Of a stretch of DNA of 64,000 bases, positions 25,067 through 36,770 are shown piece after piece (the stretch's first letter is position 1; the number at the start of each line of letters is the position of its first letter). Origin of the DNA: Macrostomum hystrix (lineage: Eukaryota; Animalia; Platyhelminthes); assembly GCA_950097015.1 (NCBI GenBank), contig CATNEN010000002.1:7006001-7070000 (forward strand), written 5' to 3'. The translations under genes were made by a program, and so were the position numbers. A model generated the notes under the pieces. It made no database searches, was not told the origin of the DNA, and saw only the letters and a program-made list of their open reading frames with translations.

Positions 25067-25424
25067 ATTTAAGTTGCCATGCTGACCCGACTCAAACCAG
25101 AGCCTAGCTGAGTTATTATTGAGTTTAGATATAACTACTACGAGTATAAACTAGTTCTCGATATCCAGTACTTTAGATGCCTCAGGGTGCATGAGATCAG
25201 GCTAATGGTGCTTAGGAATAAGCAACTCACCAGCTAGATAACTATCCGCGATGGGGAAAACTTGCTGATCAAGTTAATTATCAAGTATCCTGTCAATTAG
25301 CCAAGGCACGAGTCGGCTGCTAGCTTAAGGCACTCGGGCGAGACATTTATTTAGTCTTTCTTTCTGTTACAGGTCATACTCCAAAATTTTTGTCTGTGTG
25401 TAAAAATTTATTGGCAGAGGCTTT

Positions 25425-25730
25425 CACGTGTTTGCCTTTCGCACCAAGGTCCCTGAGCTCGATTCCGCGGCGAGGCCACATTTATTTGGGGCGCAGCCGC
25501 GAAGAGAAGGCTTAGTGGCTCGTGCAATTTACACCCTTGAGGGCCAACCTCAAAGGCACAGTGAGAGTGTACACTGCCTGACGATGAGAAAGTCAGGGCA
25601 AGTGTACACACCTGTGTGCATGTCTGCTCAGGAGTCAGTGGAATGGGCAGAATCGCTTCCTAGCTGGCTGCGGGTCTACTGTCACAAAATGATGTGCCAT
25701 TGCCCGCAGCCCTCCTGTAATTATTATTAA
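25425..25730 (+). mobile_element. tRNA-derived SINE copy
   Basis: Matches the other copies and ends AATTATTATTA. Confidence 0.85.
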
Positions 25731-25984
25731 AACTTTTTTCGATTAGCCATTAAACACCTGCAGATCAATTAGTCCTTAGTTACCTAGAGATTGAAATAAA
25801 AATACTCGGAGAACTGACTCCTAGTACAGTTAGTGGGCTTTTCTAAAGGCTGTGTACAACTGTTCAGTCCGTGGACTGAGAAGGCCGCCACACCCATCCA
25901 TCCAAATTCTGCCCCGGCTAATGCTGGCACCTATTTTTACAGCTGGGTGAACTAAAGCAATTGGGACTTGGGGTGTCTTGCTTC

Positions 25985-26052
25985 GCTTGTGCTGAGAATC
26001 GAACTCAAGACCTTTCGATCAGAATCCTTAACAATCACTGGGCTAGCTACAA
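25985..26052 (-). mobile_element. tRNA-like sequence (SINE head or pseudogene)
   Basis: Minus strand has an A-box-like TAGCCCAGTGATTG and a B box GAGTTCGATTCTC. The cloverleaf is incomplete. Confidence 0.45.
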
Positions 26053-26181
26053 GCTTCCTAATATTTAAGTGATTTCCAGGCTAATAAGCAAACAATATAA
26101 ATCTACAGGTAGATTTAGCCTTTGAAGTACTCGTTCTGTCAATCAGTCAAACTTAAATTTCCATCGCCTCTTGAATTCCAG

Positions 26182-27276
26182 GCAGCAGCTCAGGAAATCC
26201 CCGAATCTTCAGCGGTGGCCACCCGCCTCCGCGCCAAAGAGTTCGGCGAGCAGCTGTGCCGCGGACTAAGCCTGCTGCCCATGTCGCTCTACTTCAACTC
26301 TGAGCAGCGGCAGCAGCTGCAGAATGTCGGCGGCGGAGTTCGTCGGCTTCGCTTCGATCCAGCGTTCGCCGACCCGACGAGCATCCTGACCGCCCTGGCC
26401 AGGCTGACGCAGAAGCAGCAGAAGAAACAGAAGCAGAAGCAGCAGAAGACGGCTGCGCCCACGGACGCTGAGAAGAAAGAGCCTCCGCTGCAGCAGCAGC
26501 AGTCGGGGCAGTTGTTGAAGTCGGAGAAGGCGGTTGCCACCAGGCAGGAGCTGCAGCTGAAGCTGCAGGCCCGCCTGGAGCAGCTCAGAGCGCAGCGGAA
26601 AGCGAATCAGGACGAGAAGGCGGCCGCGAGCGGCGCCAGTCGGGCGAATCGGCACAAGCTGAAGCGCAAGGAGACAACGCTGAGGAAGCGAATGAAGAAT
26701 TTGGCAGCCGCCAATGGCGAGCAGCAGCAGCAGAAAAAGAACAACAATAAGTCAGCCGGCCAGACCTACAACAAGGACGGCAAGATTCTGTACTCGAAGT
26801 TCGACTTGGTCGCCAAAGAGGAGCTTCTGGGTTCGGCGACTACAGGCAGCCGAGCTGCGGCCGAGAAGCGCAAGCGGGAGCGTCAGCGCCTGGAGCGGCG
26901 CCTGGTGCCCACAGTCGGTGGCGACCATCTGATCCGGCAGCGTCGGCGCATCGAGGCGCTGAAGTCCACGGAGCCGGAGGCGGCCGCCAAGCTGGAGGAA
27001 AAGGCTCGCTGGGAGCGGGCGATCGCCCGGGCGGAGGGCGTCAAGGTCAAGGACGACCCTTCCAAGCTGGCGCGCACGGCCAGGCGCCAGGCAAAGGAGC
27101 GTCGCGTGAAGGCGCGCAAGTGGGAGGAGCGCCAGGCAGGTGTAGAGCAGCGCAAGACCGAGCGCCAGGATCGCAGGCGGGCCAACATCAAGGCGCGCGG
27201 CGAGGCGCGAGTCAAGCGCAAAATTGAGCGGGCCAAGAAGAGAGGCCGCATCCTCCCAGAGCTGCACGGCAAGTGA
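26182..27276 (+). CDS. SURF6: Surfeit locus protein 6 / RRP14 nucleolar protein; one large exon after a TTCCAG acceptor, start exon not identified
   Basis: RRP14-N-like RLRAKEFGEQLCRGLSLLPMSLYF. SURF6 domain GKILYSKFD, WERAIARAEGVKVKDDPSKL, KWEERQ, RRRANIKAR and KKRGR. Confidence 0.9.
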   Translation, partial: AAAQEIPESSAVATRLRAKEFGEQLCRGLSLLPMSLYFNSEQRQQLQNVGGGVRRLRFDPAFADPTSILTALARLTQKQQKKQKQKQQKTAAPTDAEKKEPPLQQQQSGQLLKSEKAVATRQELQLKLQARLEQLRAQRKANQDEKAAASGASRANRHKLKRKETTLRKRMKNLAAANGEQQQQKKNNNKSAGQTYNKDGKILYSKFDLVAKEELLGSATTGSRAAAEKRKRERQRLERRLVPTVGGDHLIRQRRRIEALKSTEPEAAAKLEEKARWERAIARAEGVKVKDDPSKLARTARRQAKERRVKARKWEERQAGVEQRKTERQDRRRANIKARGEARVKRKIERAKKRGRILPELHGK

Positions 27277-28386
27277 CCGTCGCCCCGAAGTTCGCCTGAG
27301 CTCCGCGGGCCCTCGGTGTGGAGGATGGGGTTGCTGCTCACAGGAATCCCTCGCCAATGTCCTTAACCTGGGATTATTATCCTCAGTGTCAGCCCGCCAA
27401 CCCTCATGCAATTCCTGCGTCTAATTCCTGCCCTTGGTTTGGCTCCCTGCATTTTATTAGCCTTTGCGGGTCTTCGTTATCTGCAGTAGTCGTTGTGGAT
27501 TAAAATCCTAAGAAACGGCAGGCCAATTAATTAAGCAAGCCAGGGATTAGCAGGACAGCAGCCACTCCCCCACACAGAGGAGTCTCGCTTCCCCGACGGT
27601 GCATTTCAATGAGTTCCCAATTTGAGCCACAGCGGGCTCCTTAAAATCCTTAAAAATGCTTCGATGTCGTCTTTGTTCTCAATAATCCCTTCAAAGTATC
27701 CTGGCTGGCGTCTGCTTTCTCTGTTGCTTCAGATGCATGGAAATAAACTTTGCTCATTTAATCAAGGAGCCGAGCAGTCTTTTGGCCTCGCCACTTTACA
27801 ATGGTCGATAAAAAACATTTTACGGATTAATTCTACTTCACTTTCGTATTTCCCTACTGCAAGTAGGATGGTGATGCTTTTTTCAGGAAATGTAGGAGTA
27901 AAAGTTTTGCTAGCAAGATCTGGATGCTATTAGCACATTATTTTCTCCATTTCTCCATTTTAAATACACACTGCCTACTTCAGTGTGAATATTCTGTGCT
28001 TCTAGAAGTTGGTTCATTGTATAAAGCTACTGTTCCGGATTTTCATGGCGTTTGGTTGAATAATTTAAGAGATAGTGGCTCTTTGAAACATCCCGTGATT
28101 TTCTACTGTTTATTGTGCGAAGCTGTCTTGCTTGCGTCACAGGTTGCAACAACTCAATGCACTTAAAAGAAAGCATTCTACAGATTTGTAGTTTTGTAAG
28201 AAATGTAATATTTCACAAACTGGGCACTTCGTTGACAAGAATAAGAAACAATAGTTTATTTAATGACGAGCTGAATAATAATTGCAGTTCGCTAAGCTAC
28301 TCATAGTAGACTTTGCAATAGAAATACGCAATAGAGTTTGCATTAAAGCAAAGAGTTGACGGTCAAAATCCGATCGCATCTGAAAA

Positions 28387-29460
28387 TCACCGATCAGCAT
28401 TCGCGCAGTCCGCAGTGGCCGCATCGCTAGCCGGTCGGATCAGCTGGCCAGCCAGCTCGGCGATCTCGGTCAGATCGGCCGATTCTGCACTTTGGCGCGG
28501 TGCGGGACACTGCAGCAGCAGGGACTCCAGCCTGGTGGCCAGACGGCCGGACCGTCCGACATCGTCCAGAAGATTCGGCCGGCGCTGCCTGAGCAGCAGG
28601 AGGCAGCGCAGCGCGTGCTCCAGCCAGTCCAGCTTCTCGCCATCGGTATCGATAATGTCGCTGATGTCATTGTCGAATTCCAGGATGCTGTCGGTCAGAG
28701 CAACGACCACGACACCGCCCTGATCGTCAGCCAGAGCCTCGGCGAGTAAGTCGGACTCGCCCGCCAGGCTGGCAAGCAGAAACGCCGCCTTTCGCCGAAG
28801 CCGATACTGTCGCCGAATTATCTCTTTATTAGTGTCGTCGGCGTTGACGCGAATACATTCGGCGATAGCTGAGAAGCCGCCAGCAGTGGCGCAGGCTGCC
28901 TGAGCTGCTGAACAGTCGCGAGTGAGGCAGGACAGCGCCGACAGAGCGGCGAACTTCACGTCTAGCGAGTCCGGGTCGTTGGCTGGGTCTCGGATGGCCC
29001 GGACCAGGTCGGCCAGGCAGCCGAGTCCAGCAGCCTGGGCGAAGGGATTGTTCTGGAACAGGCGGGCCAGCAGCTGCAGCGACATGGCCCTGAGCTGGCC
29101 GCCGCAGCGCTGACAGACGTAGGCGGCTGCATCCAAACCGCCCAGCTTCACGAAGTCATTAGCAATGTCGAGATTGTCGCAGAGGTCGCTGGTTTCCTCG
29201 AGGCAGTCCTGGCAGGCCGTGTAGGCCTCCGAGTTCGGATCCTCGGCGGCTGAGTCGGCATTCTGCAGCAGCTTGGCGATGTTGTCCCGCAGCCGCTTGC
29301 CAATGTCCACAGTCAAGCTATCCATGGCCTCGCGAAGCCAGCGGGCCCGTTCGGGATCCATGCCATTGGCCAGGTCTGGTGACACCTGCGGATTATCGCC
29401 AACTTGCATGCAGAAGCGGAGCAGGCCTTGTAGATTGTGGGGCAGTCTGGCTTCACCCAT
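28387..29460 (-). CDS. HSPBP1: Hsp70 nucleotide exchange factor HspBP1/Fes1 (ARM repeats), intronless
   Basis: PHNLQGLLRFC, MDPERARWLREAM, DNLDIANDFVKLGG, QNNPFAQ and ALSALSCLTR. Confidence 0.9.
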   Translation of the reverse strand: MGEARLPHNLQGLLRFCMQVGDNPQVSPDLANGMDPERARWLREAMDSLTVDIGKRLRDNIAKLLQNADSAAEDPNSEAYTACQDCLEETSDLCDNLDIANDFVKLGGLDAAAYVCQRCGGQLRAMSLQLLARLFQNNPFAQAAGLGCLADLVRAIRDPANDPDSLDVKFAALSALSCLTRDCSAAQAACATAGGFSAIAECIRVNADDTNKEIIRRQYRLRRKAAFLLASLAGESDLLAEALADDQGGVVVVALTDSILEFDNDISDIIDTDGEKLDWLEHALRCLLLLRQRRPNLLDDVGRSGRLATRLESLLLQCPAPRQSAESADLTEIAELAGQLIRPASDAATADCANADR

Positions 29461-32400
29461 TGTGGCGTGGTAGCAGAACTGTTAAGCTTTCTGGAATTTA
29501 ATCAATCCAATTTTGATTTCACAAAAATGCTTTACATTTTTATAGTCTGGCAAAAGTGTTGCTTGTAAAAAACATTATTTTACCATAGCTATTCATTTAA
29601 TTTTTAAGAAAGCACTCACTAGAAAAAGAATTGACAGGTCTTAATAACTAAGGTATTATGAATCAAAAGAAATGTTTAAACAAGTAAAAGAAAGATTAAA
29701 AATGGTATGCAACTTTTCTAATTTGTGTTGATTGTTACATTGATATATTGATATATGAAGAATGATTTCTTAAGTATTTAATAACTAATATTGTGTTATT
29801 ATAATCATTAAAGCAAAAAGCTTATACCCAAGTCAGTTTTTCTAAGTTTTATGCTGAATTAAATTGAACTAATGAACATGAAATAATACATATATAGATA
29901 GTTTACATTTTAGAAAAATTGCTACTTATTAATGATATTTTTTCTTAAAAAATGTTGTGGGTATAATAAAAATTACAATTACAAATTTACAATTTAATGC
30001 AATGAGCCAATTATAAAAATATACAGTATTGCAAATATCTTAAATTTAACCATTTTCATTACTCACAATACAAGGCCTGTCTAATTTAATGTCTTTTTAG
30101 ACAAAATGAAACTTCTAGCTAAATTAAGATATTTTAAATTTGGTTTAAGTTAAACAAAGGCCTAGGCCAATACTAAGAAACGAAAATATAATGTAGCTAG
30201 GCCTGGTAGTATGCTAAGCAAGTTAAGTTTTAAACTATGTTTAGCTCAACGAGTTCATGCTGATACATAGTAGTATAGCTACTGATTGAAAAGTTGGTAC
30301 ATAGGCTGGTAGGCCCTACATAACAATTGAAAAGCTAGTTAGGATCTATAACATATTATTAGTAACTTTATGCTAAAACGTTGTCTACATATGGACTTAG
30401 TAAAAATAACTAGGCCTATTGCTAACTGCCTAACCACTAAAGTCTTATTAGGTCTTTAGGCTACCTCTAACCAAGTATGTATAATATGTATTATTATTAT
30501 TATTAAAACGCGCACGCCATCTATGGGTGCTGATTTTTTTTTATATATTTTTTTTAACAACACATTTAAATGAACAACGAAAAGCAACATAAAAAGCGAA
30601 GTTAAGTAGGAATCAAATATCGAGCTGGGAAGGGAAAGCAAAGGTATTAAAAATAAGAGCAGTAAAAACACAAGGGACGCCAGGGATAAAACAAATTATG
30701 AAATATCTATTGTTGAATGCTAGTAAAATCTCGTAGTCTCAGGGCAGCTGTTCCCTTATTTTAGATATTTCTATGATCTATGATGTATTTCTATATGTAT
30801 AGATCAATATAATTGGATCTTTATGTTTAGCTTCTAGGCCTTATCTATACTGTACTAGGCTATACATGCTAAATTTTTCTGAAGAACAATATTTATTATG
30901 CAACGTATTGAGTGGACTACGAAGTGCAGCACGCAACCGTGGATCAAGAACAACTTAAATAATGATTTTCCAGAATTTTCTTAGCACGTGGATTCGTAGA
31001 ACTTACTAGAAATTTCCCAATTCAAAAATTAGTATTTCAATGTCAGCTGATGCTCAACTTCGTTTTTTATTTTACAATTGTTGTGGAAAATGACTGTACG
31101 AAAATTAACATTTTTGCGCAAAAAATGCTGTTTTTGTTAAGTTTAATTCTAGCCGGAATCCATCTAGCCAGCGTCTTACTAAAGATATAGTTTGAACCTC
31201 CTTATCTTAGTTCTAATCTCGCGGCCAAGGACTACTATACTAAATTGGATTAGCGAAATACAAAATGTAAATGAATAGATTACGTCTTTATGATAATCTT
31301 CTGCTGGTTTCTCATTTCAATAAGACTGTAGTCGATTTTGGTCAGTAAGCTAATTTAAGATGAAAATAGTGCATTTTTTCACAAAAAATCCACCAAAGCC
31401 TAGATTTAGTGATATCCTTGATTTTTATTTTGGCAGGGTAAATTTCAGCCTTTAAGTTTAAACTTAAAGATACGAAGGCTTTATACAAAGAGCGGGCCCG
31501 CTCCTTTTAACTCTGATCATGGGGCAAAAGAATAACATTTTGTCCAGTCCAACAAAAATACTTTAGGCCAGTCTTAATTCTTTGTGCCAAATAACTTTGC
31601 ATACCTCCATCAAAGTGAAAACCAAAGCTTGCAGAAAAAATAAATAAAGTAATAATTCTTGTGCTTTCACGAAGAGAGCACAAAGTTTTATATAGTAGCC
31701 TATGTTAAAAGCTTCGAAGATTCTAAAACTATTGTAGCACAGAAATGGTATCAAGTCAATGGCATACCGAAATCGTCCCGACTTGTAGACAATCCTGTAG
31801 ACCTACATCTATTAATGTATAGATGCCGTATACGTACGCGCGGTAGAATCCTAACCTTTACAAGTGCATGTAGGCGATCCTTAACGATGTAGTAATGTGG
31901 CTTACGCCGAATGTCAATAGCAAATGATCATTGGAACACAAAGCCTATAAGAGTACAAATTAGTTCTCTCATCCAGACAGTGATAACTTCCATATAGTAA
32001 GTAATAAGTCCATGCAAGTGAACTACCTCGTCAGCATATGCTGAATTGATAACAAAACATATAAAAGAGCCAAATTTAAATGTATTGTAGCATCGCTGAA
32101 CCATTAATGTACCATAGTTGGTATTGATGTTGCTTCAAAAACCATTTATTTGAAGTTGTTAGGGCGTAAATTCACGGCACATCCAACTAAAACCATTGTT
32201 TTACTTTGCCGCTGGGGCTGGCACTAATTGTGAGTAGTTAAGAGGCACTTTTAAGAAAGCAAAAAAAACTATAGTGAGAAGCTGCCCATTAAATAAACTA
32301 AACCAAAAATAGAAAGTGGTTTAAGCTCAGGAAAAGCCTTACATTTCATCAACTAAAGCCTTGCACATTTCCCATTTATAAGTCAGGGATAATTACTCGA

Positions 32401-32505
32401 CAGGATTAATAATGCCAAGCTTAAAGGCGTGTGAGTCTCCATGCAGGTGTGCTATTGAATCAGCTATTAATAAAAGTCTGTCACTACTTCCAGCAAAACA
32501 TTCAT

Positions 32506-34467
32506 TCAAGCAGCCTCCGTCTTGGCCTGGAAAACCAGGATGGACTTGGCAGGCACGTAGATCACACCCAGGCTGTAATCTTCGCCCAGCTTGTACGATG
32601 ACGATCGCTCGGATGTATTCAGGGCCACCTTTAGAGTGCCGGTGGTCACTTTGATCTGGGTCCCCAATCCCAGAGTGGCCTCTTTCTCTCCCGTGTTCAT
32701 GACTACCAGAACCGGCGGGAAGCGCTCCGCTTCTCGCTTGAAGGCGACGATCGAGCCGTCGGCGCCGGTAGCCAGAAAATCGATTCCGCCCCATTGAAGC
32801 GACTCGGCACTGCCGATCAGCTTCACCAGCGACTTGACCAGCTCCAGCTGCGGCGCTGCGTTGCCTGAGGAGCTCAGCAAGCGCAGATTGTGCTGGGCGA
32901 TGTCGCCAGCCCGAGCCGTCAGGTTCACCCAGGTCAGCGGCGTCGAGGCGTTTGACAACCAGCCGGCGTTTGCAACGTCATCGGACCACTGCATCGGCGT
33001 CTCGGACTGATCGGTTGATTCGTCGTCAGGCAGGTAGCTGGACAGGCCGCTGCCATGGAGACGCACGCCGGGCACGTGGGTCATGCCCAGTTCCTGGCCA
33101 TAGTAGAGGCAGGGCACTCCGGGCAGGAGCAGCGACAGGGCGGTGAGATGCAGCTCGCTTGGCCGTCGGAGGCTCGGCCAGGCGCTGGCGAACAGGACGC
33201 TTCCGTTCGAGCCGACAGCAGCCAGAGTGTCCAGGATGGTCTTCCTCGGCGAGGAGGCGGAGTTTGGTGACCATGAGGGAAGCGGAGTGCCGAGGGCGGT
33301 GCTGACTACTGCATGCGCTCCGGCCTTCGGGTCGAGGTAGGCGGCAAGGCGGTCCGGAGGCTGCAGGAAGCCGGTGTTCCCAGGCTCGACGAACAGAGCC
33401 AGCTCGCGACCCCGCTTCTCCGCCTGGGTGTTGATGAACTGGCGCAGTCGACGGACAAACTCGACGCTGGCTTCGCTGAACAACAACGGCGTCGGATCGG
33501 CATCGCGCCACTGCCCGCCGGTGAGAGCGAGTCTGGCCGACGATTCGATGGCAGGCGACATGAAGGCCACGTTCGTGAGGACGAAGCCGCTCAGACCGGC
33601 GTCCAGCCAGAAGTTCAAAGCCGACTCAATCCGATCGATGACCAGCGGCGCGGTGACGTTGAGCGACGGGCAGGCGTTGCGCGGCAGGTGGAGCCGGGAT
33701 TCACGCAGCGCTTTTCCATTGTTGCGACTGACCAATTTCGCCCACGATGGAACCGTCGACAAGTCAGCAGTCAGGAAGGCGCTCATCGATTGGTCGAAGG
33801 TGAGATCGGCCTGGCTGGCGTCGAACTCCATCAGGAAGCTGAAGCCCTTCTTGCGACCCTTCTTAGTCAGAGCCTTCAGCGAGTCAAGCGTCATTAGGCT
33901 GGAGTTGTGCGCCCTGAAGTCTGTCGGGCAGCCGCTTGTAGCATCTCTGCTCACCAGACTGTCCAGGATGAAATTGTTGAAGCCCAGAGTCTCGCGCAGG
34001 TAATCCATCTTCCTCTCCAGACCGTCGATGCTTCCCGGCGCAGTCGGGTCGGTCTCGGTCGCCGGCGCGAAGGACTTCACAGACAGACGGTAGAACGGCT
34101 TCTGCCAGAACTGGCGCGGCGGCCTCGGCGGACACTTCGGCGACACGACGATGATGACCACGACAGCCGCCAGCATGGCCAGCCATACCACCCAGAACAG
34201 AATGAAGAAGATCAGACGCAGACGGCGCCAAAACGGATCCTTGGCAAAGTGCTCCAGCTGCTCCTTCGATAGAGATTGAAATTCGACTGGCAGTTTGGTC
34301 TTCTTGAATGTGGACTCGTCGGGTTGGAAGTCGGGCGACTTTATCAAAACGAGTGGCGTCTCCTCGTCAGTGGGCTCATCTCCCTGTTTGCTTTTGAGAG
34401 CATCAGCAGCAGCCTCGTGGCTTTCCGGCTGGTGCAGGGTTGTGTTGTTCTCACTCGGATTCACCAT
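32506..34467 (-). CDS. SLC3A (4F2hc/rBAT)-like amino-acid transporter heavy chain: type II transmembrane helix plus alpha-amylase-like ectodomain, intronless
   Basis: SLC3A2_N motif LSKEQLEHFAKDPFWRRLRLIFFILFWVVWLAML..IIVVSPKC. GH13-like GSIDGLERKMDYL, FWLDAGLSGF, LLLPGVPCLYYGQELGM and TPMQW. Confidence 0.9.
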   Translation of the reverse strand: MVNPSENNTTLHQPESHEAAADALKSKQGDEPTDEETPLVLIKSPDFQPDESTFKKTKLPVEFQSLSKEQLEHFAKDPFWRRLRLIFFILFWVVWLAMLAAVVVIIVVSPKCPPRPPRQFWQKPFYRLSVKSFAPATETDPTAPGSIDGLERKMDYLRETLGFNNFILDSLVSRDATSGCPTDFRAHNSSLMTLDSLKALTKKGRKKGFSFLMEFDASQADLTFDQSMSAFLTADLSTVPSWAKLVSRNNGKALRESRLHLPRNACPSLNVTAPLVIDRIESALNFWLDAGLSGFVLTNVAFMSPAIESSARLALTGGQWRDADPTPLLFSEASVEFVRRLRQFINTQAEKRGRELALFVEPGNTGFLQPPDRLAAYLDPKAGAHAVVSTALGTPLPSWSPNSASSPRKTILDTLAAVGSNGSVLFASAWPSLRRPSELHLTALSLLLPGVPCLYYGQELGMTHVPGVRLHGSGLSSYLPDDESTDQSETPMQWSDDVANAGWLSNASTPLTWVNLTARAGDIAQHNLRLLSSSGNAAPQLELVKSLVKLIGSAESLQWGGIDFLATGADGSIVAFKREAERFPPVLVVMNTGEKEATLGLGTQIKVTTGTLKVALNTSERSSSYKLGEDYSLGVIYVPAKSILVFQAKTEAA

Positions 34468-35694
34468 TGTCTTCGATGTTCTTTCTCTGTTCGCTGAGAA
34501 ATCTGCAATAGCGGCAAAATTTGCGTTTGATTCTGCGTCTGCAGTTTAAAATGAGGCGCATGAAACCTGAGGCATGGACAAGACGGAAATTTATTTTACA
34601 AATTCTGTCTGGGGTTGGTTCGCCCCCACTCCCTTCACCCTGACTCACCCTCCTCTGGAAACCTCCTCGTGTTTCCTTGTACATTCCACCCCCACCCCAC
34701 GCGGGCGACATAAACTGGAGAGAAAGAAACGAGGAGTGGCATATAGAGTGGAGGGAGGTGGGTTGACCCAGTGGGTGGCGTCCCACCCAGATAAAGATTT
34801 ACTAGCTGAATAACCAACCTCATGGCGGCATTGGCGGAACTGTGTGCATGAATGTTTTCTTAAAACCGGATCAGACCGGATTTCTCGATAGCGTGAGGCC
34901 TTTACATCGATTTTTTTCAGTCTAAATTCGAAAGATTAGCCGTACAAATACAGTGGCCTACATGTAGCTGTGTCGTGTAAATGGGTCTTGCAGTTGCCAG
35001 TTAGTACGCTCGTAGATGTCAATTTGGGACAGGACAGTTAAGACAAGTAGTTTGTGTGAGGAGTAACAAATTGCCATAATATATTCTTGTACATGCTTTG
35101 ACAACCGGCAAACATTTCTAGCGACAATTTTAATATTAAGTTGAATTTAAGCTTGGGCATGCAGCCTGTGGCCATGGTAACACAATGAAGTTTCATAGAA
35201 AACACAAACTCAGCCTCTTGTAGTGTTTTGCTGTCTGTCATTTAAATTAAAGAGATGGTTCAGACAATCAGACGCTTAGAAGGCTAATTTAGTCTAATTT
35301 CAGTGTCTGCCCACTCATTACCGCTCGCAGAAGAATGAAATGACAGGCAGCTCGGAATCGTAAATAGCTACTGCTTTGACCTCGAGGACTTTGAAAGCTG
35401 ATGAAATTTTTGTTGTCTGTCTCATTTAAGCGTGGGTGCGTGATTGTGTGTCTCGCTGGCCATACTGTGTAAATAATAGGGGCATGGCATCAGAACAGCC
35501 TCAACACACGCGCTGCGCATTCACAATTTCGTCAGCAACTAGATGCCTGAGATGCTATTTTTAGAAACAGCACGTGGGTTGGAGATTGGAAGAATACGGC
35601 TGCTGTTTACCAGTTTTTGCTTCATATTTTATTGTAGATCCTGGATCAGCACAAGAACCGGCCAGGGGACCCTTCAAACACCTTTTGACATTCC

Positions 35695-36050
35695 ACTGTC
35701 TCATCTCTCCTATGTCTCATCTCTCCTCTGTCTCATCTCTCCTCTGTGTCATCTCTCCCCTGTCTCATCTCTCCCCTGCCATAACTCTCCCCTGTCTCAT
35801 CTCTTCTGTCTCATCTCTCCCCTGTCTCATCTCTTCTGTCTCATCTCTTCTGTCTCATCTCTCCCCTGTCTCATCTCTTCTGTCTCATCTCTCCCCTGTC
35901 TCATCTCTCCCCTGTCTCATCTCTCCCCTGTCTCATCTCTCCCCTGTCTCATCTCTCCCCTGTCTCATCTCTCCCCTGTCTCATCTCTCCCCTGTCTCAT
36001 CTCTCCCCTGCCATAACTCTCCCCTGTCTCATCTCTCCTGTCTAATCTCT
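35695..36050. repeat. 16-bp minisatellite (CTGTCTCATCTCTCCC)
   Basis: Tandem copies read directly. Confidence 0.95.
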
Positions 36051-36380
36051 CGTGTGTCTGATCCTTGCCGTGTCTAAAGATCTCTCCCATATTTCATCTC
36101 TTGTTTCTTTCATAATCTCCCGTCTCAACAGTCCCCTGCTCATTCGTGCAGTACTCTTTCTGTTGCAATAATGTGGAAGGTAATTAATTAAGTAATCCGT
36201 GGCTAAACACCGATTAAACACAAATTCGGCCCGAATCATCCAAAAAGAAGTCCTATCTAGGCAGTAGTGTCTTTAGGATATTGGGTCGGTTATTTATTGA
36301 TTAGATTTAAAACTTGGCCTGACTTTAAATTGCACTTCTCTGAAAACGAGCCAGATGTGCAGACGACAGCACAGCCTCAG

Positions 36381-36702
36381 CTATTGCGCAGCGCATCTGA
36401 AGGCTGCGTACGGCTGTTCAGTCCATGGACTGGGGGACGCGAGCCGCAGGCCGCAGTCGAAAGTCTTTTTAAACGAAAACTGGTCGAACTCCGCCATCAG
36501 TGTCTGGGACTGCTTCTGCATGTCAATGGGCTTCAAGAACTCCAAATCGCTGGTGCTGAGCGGCACCGTGCGAGCAGTGGCCATCGTGAATGACACCATG
36601 ACGGAGTCGTCGATAAGCAGCTTGTTCGGTTGGATTCCAGCACACGGACAGTTGAATGTGGGACGAATAAAATAAGATGAGGAATGATCGGCATAATTAG
36701 GA
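36381..36702 (-). CDS. Probable terminal coding exon of an unidentified gene
   Basis: TTAAACAG acceptor, then an open frame with strong G/C third positions (PNYADHSSSYFIRPTFNCPCAGIQPNKLLIDDSVMVSF...FDQFSFKKTFDCGLRL...) to TAG. No family recognised. Confidence 0.45.
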
Positions 36703-36770
36703 CTGTTTAAAATATAAATTTATTAATCAGTAAAAACGGCAAATTGTGTTTGCAATACTCAAAATTTACT

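Noticed and set aside
5530-25107. Many repetitive ORFs (e.g. 8328-9170, 22737-23294, 23783-25107)
   Set aside because: They are stop-free translations of minisatellites, often in several frames at once.
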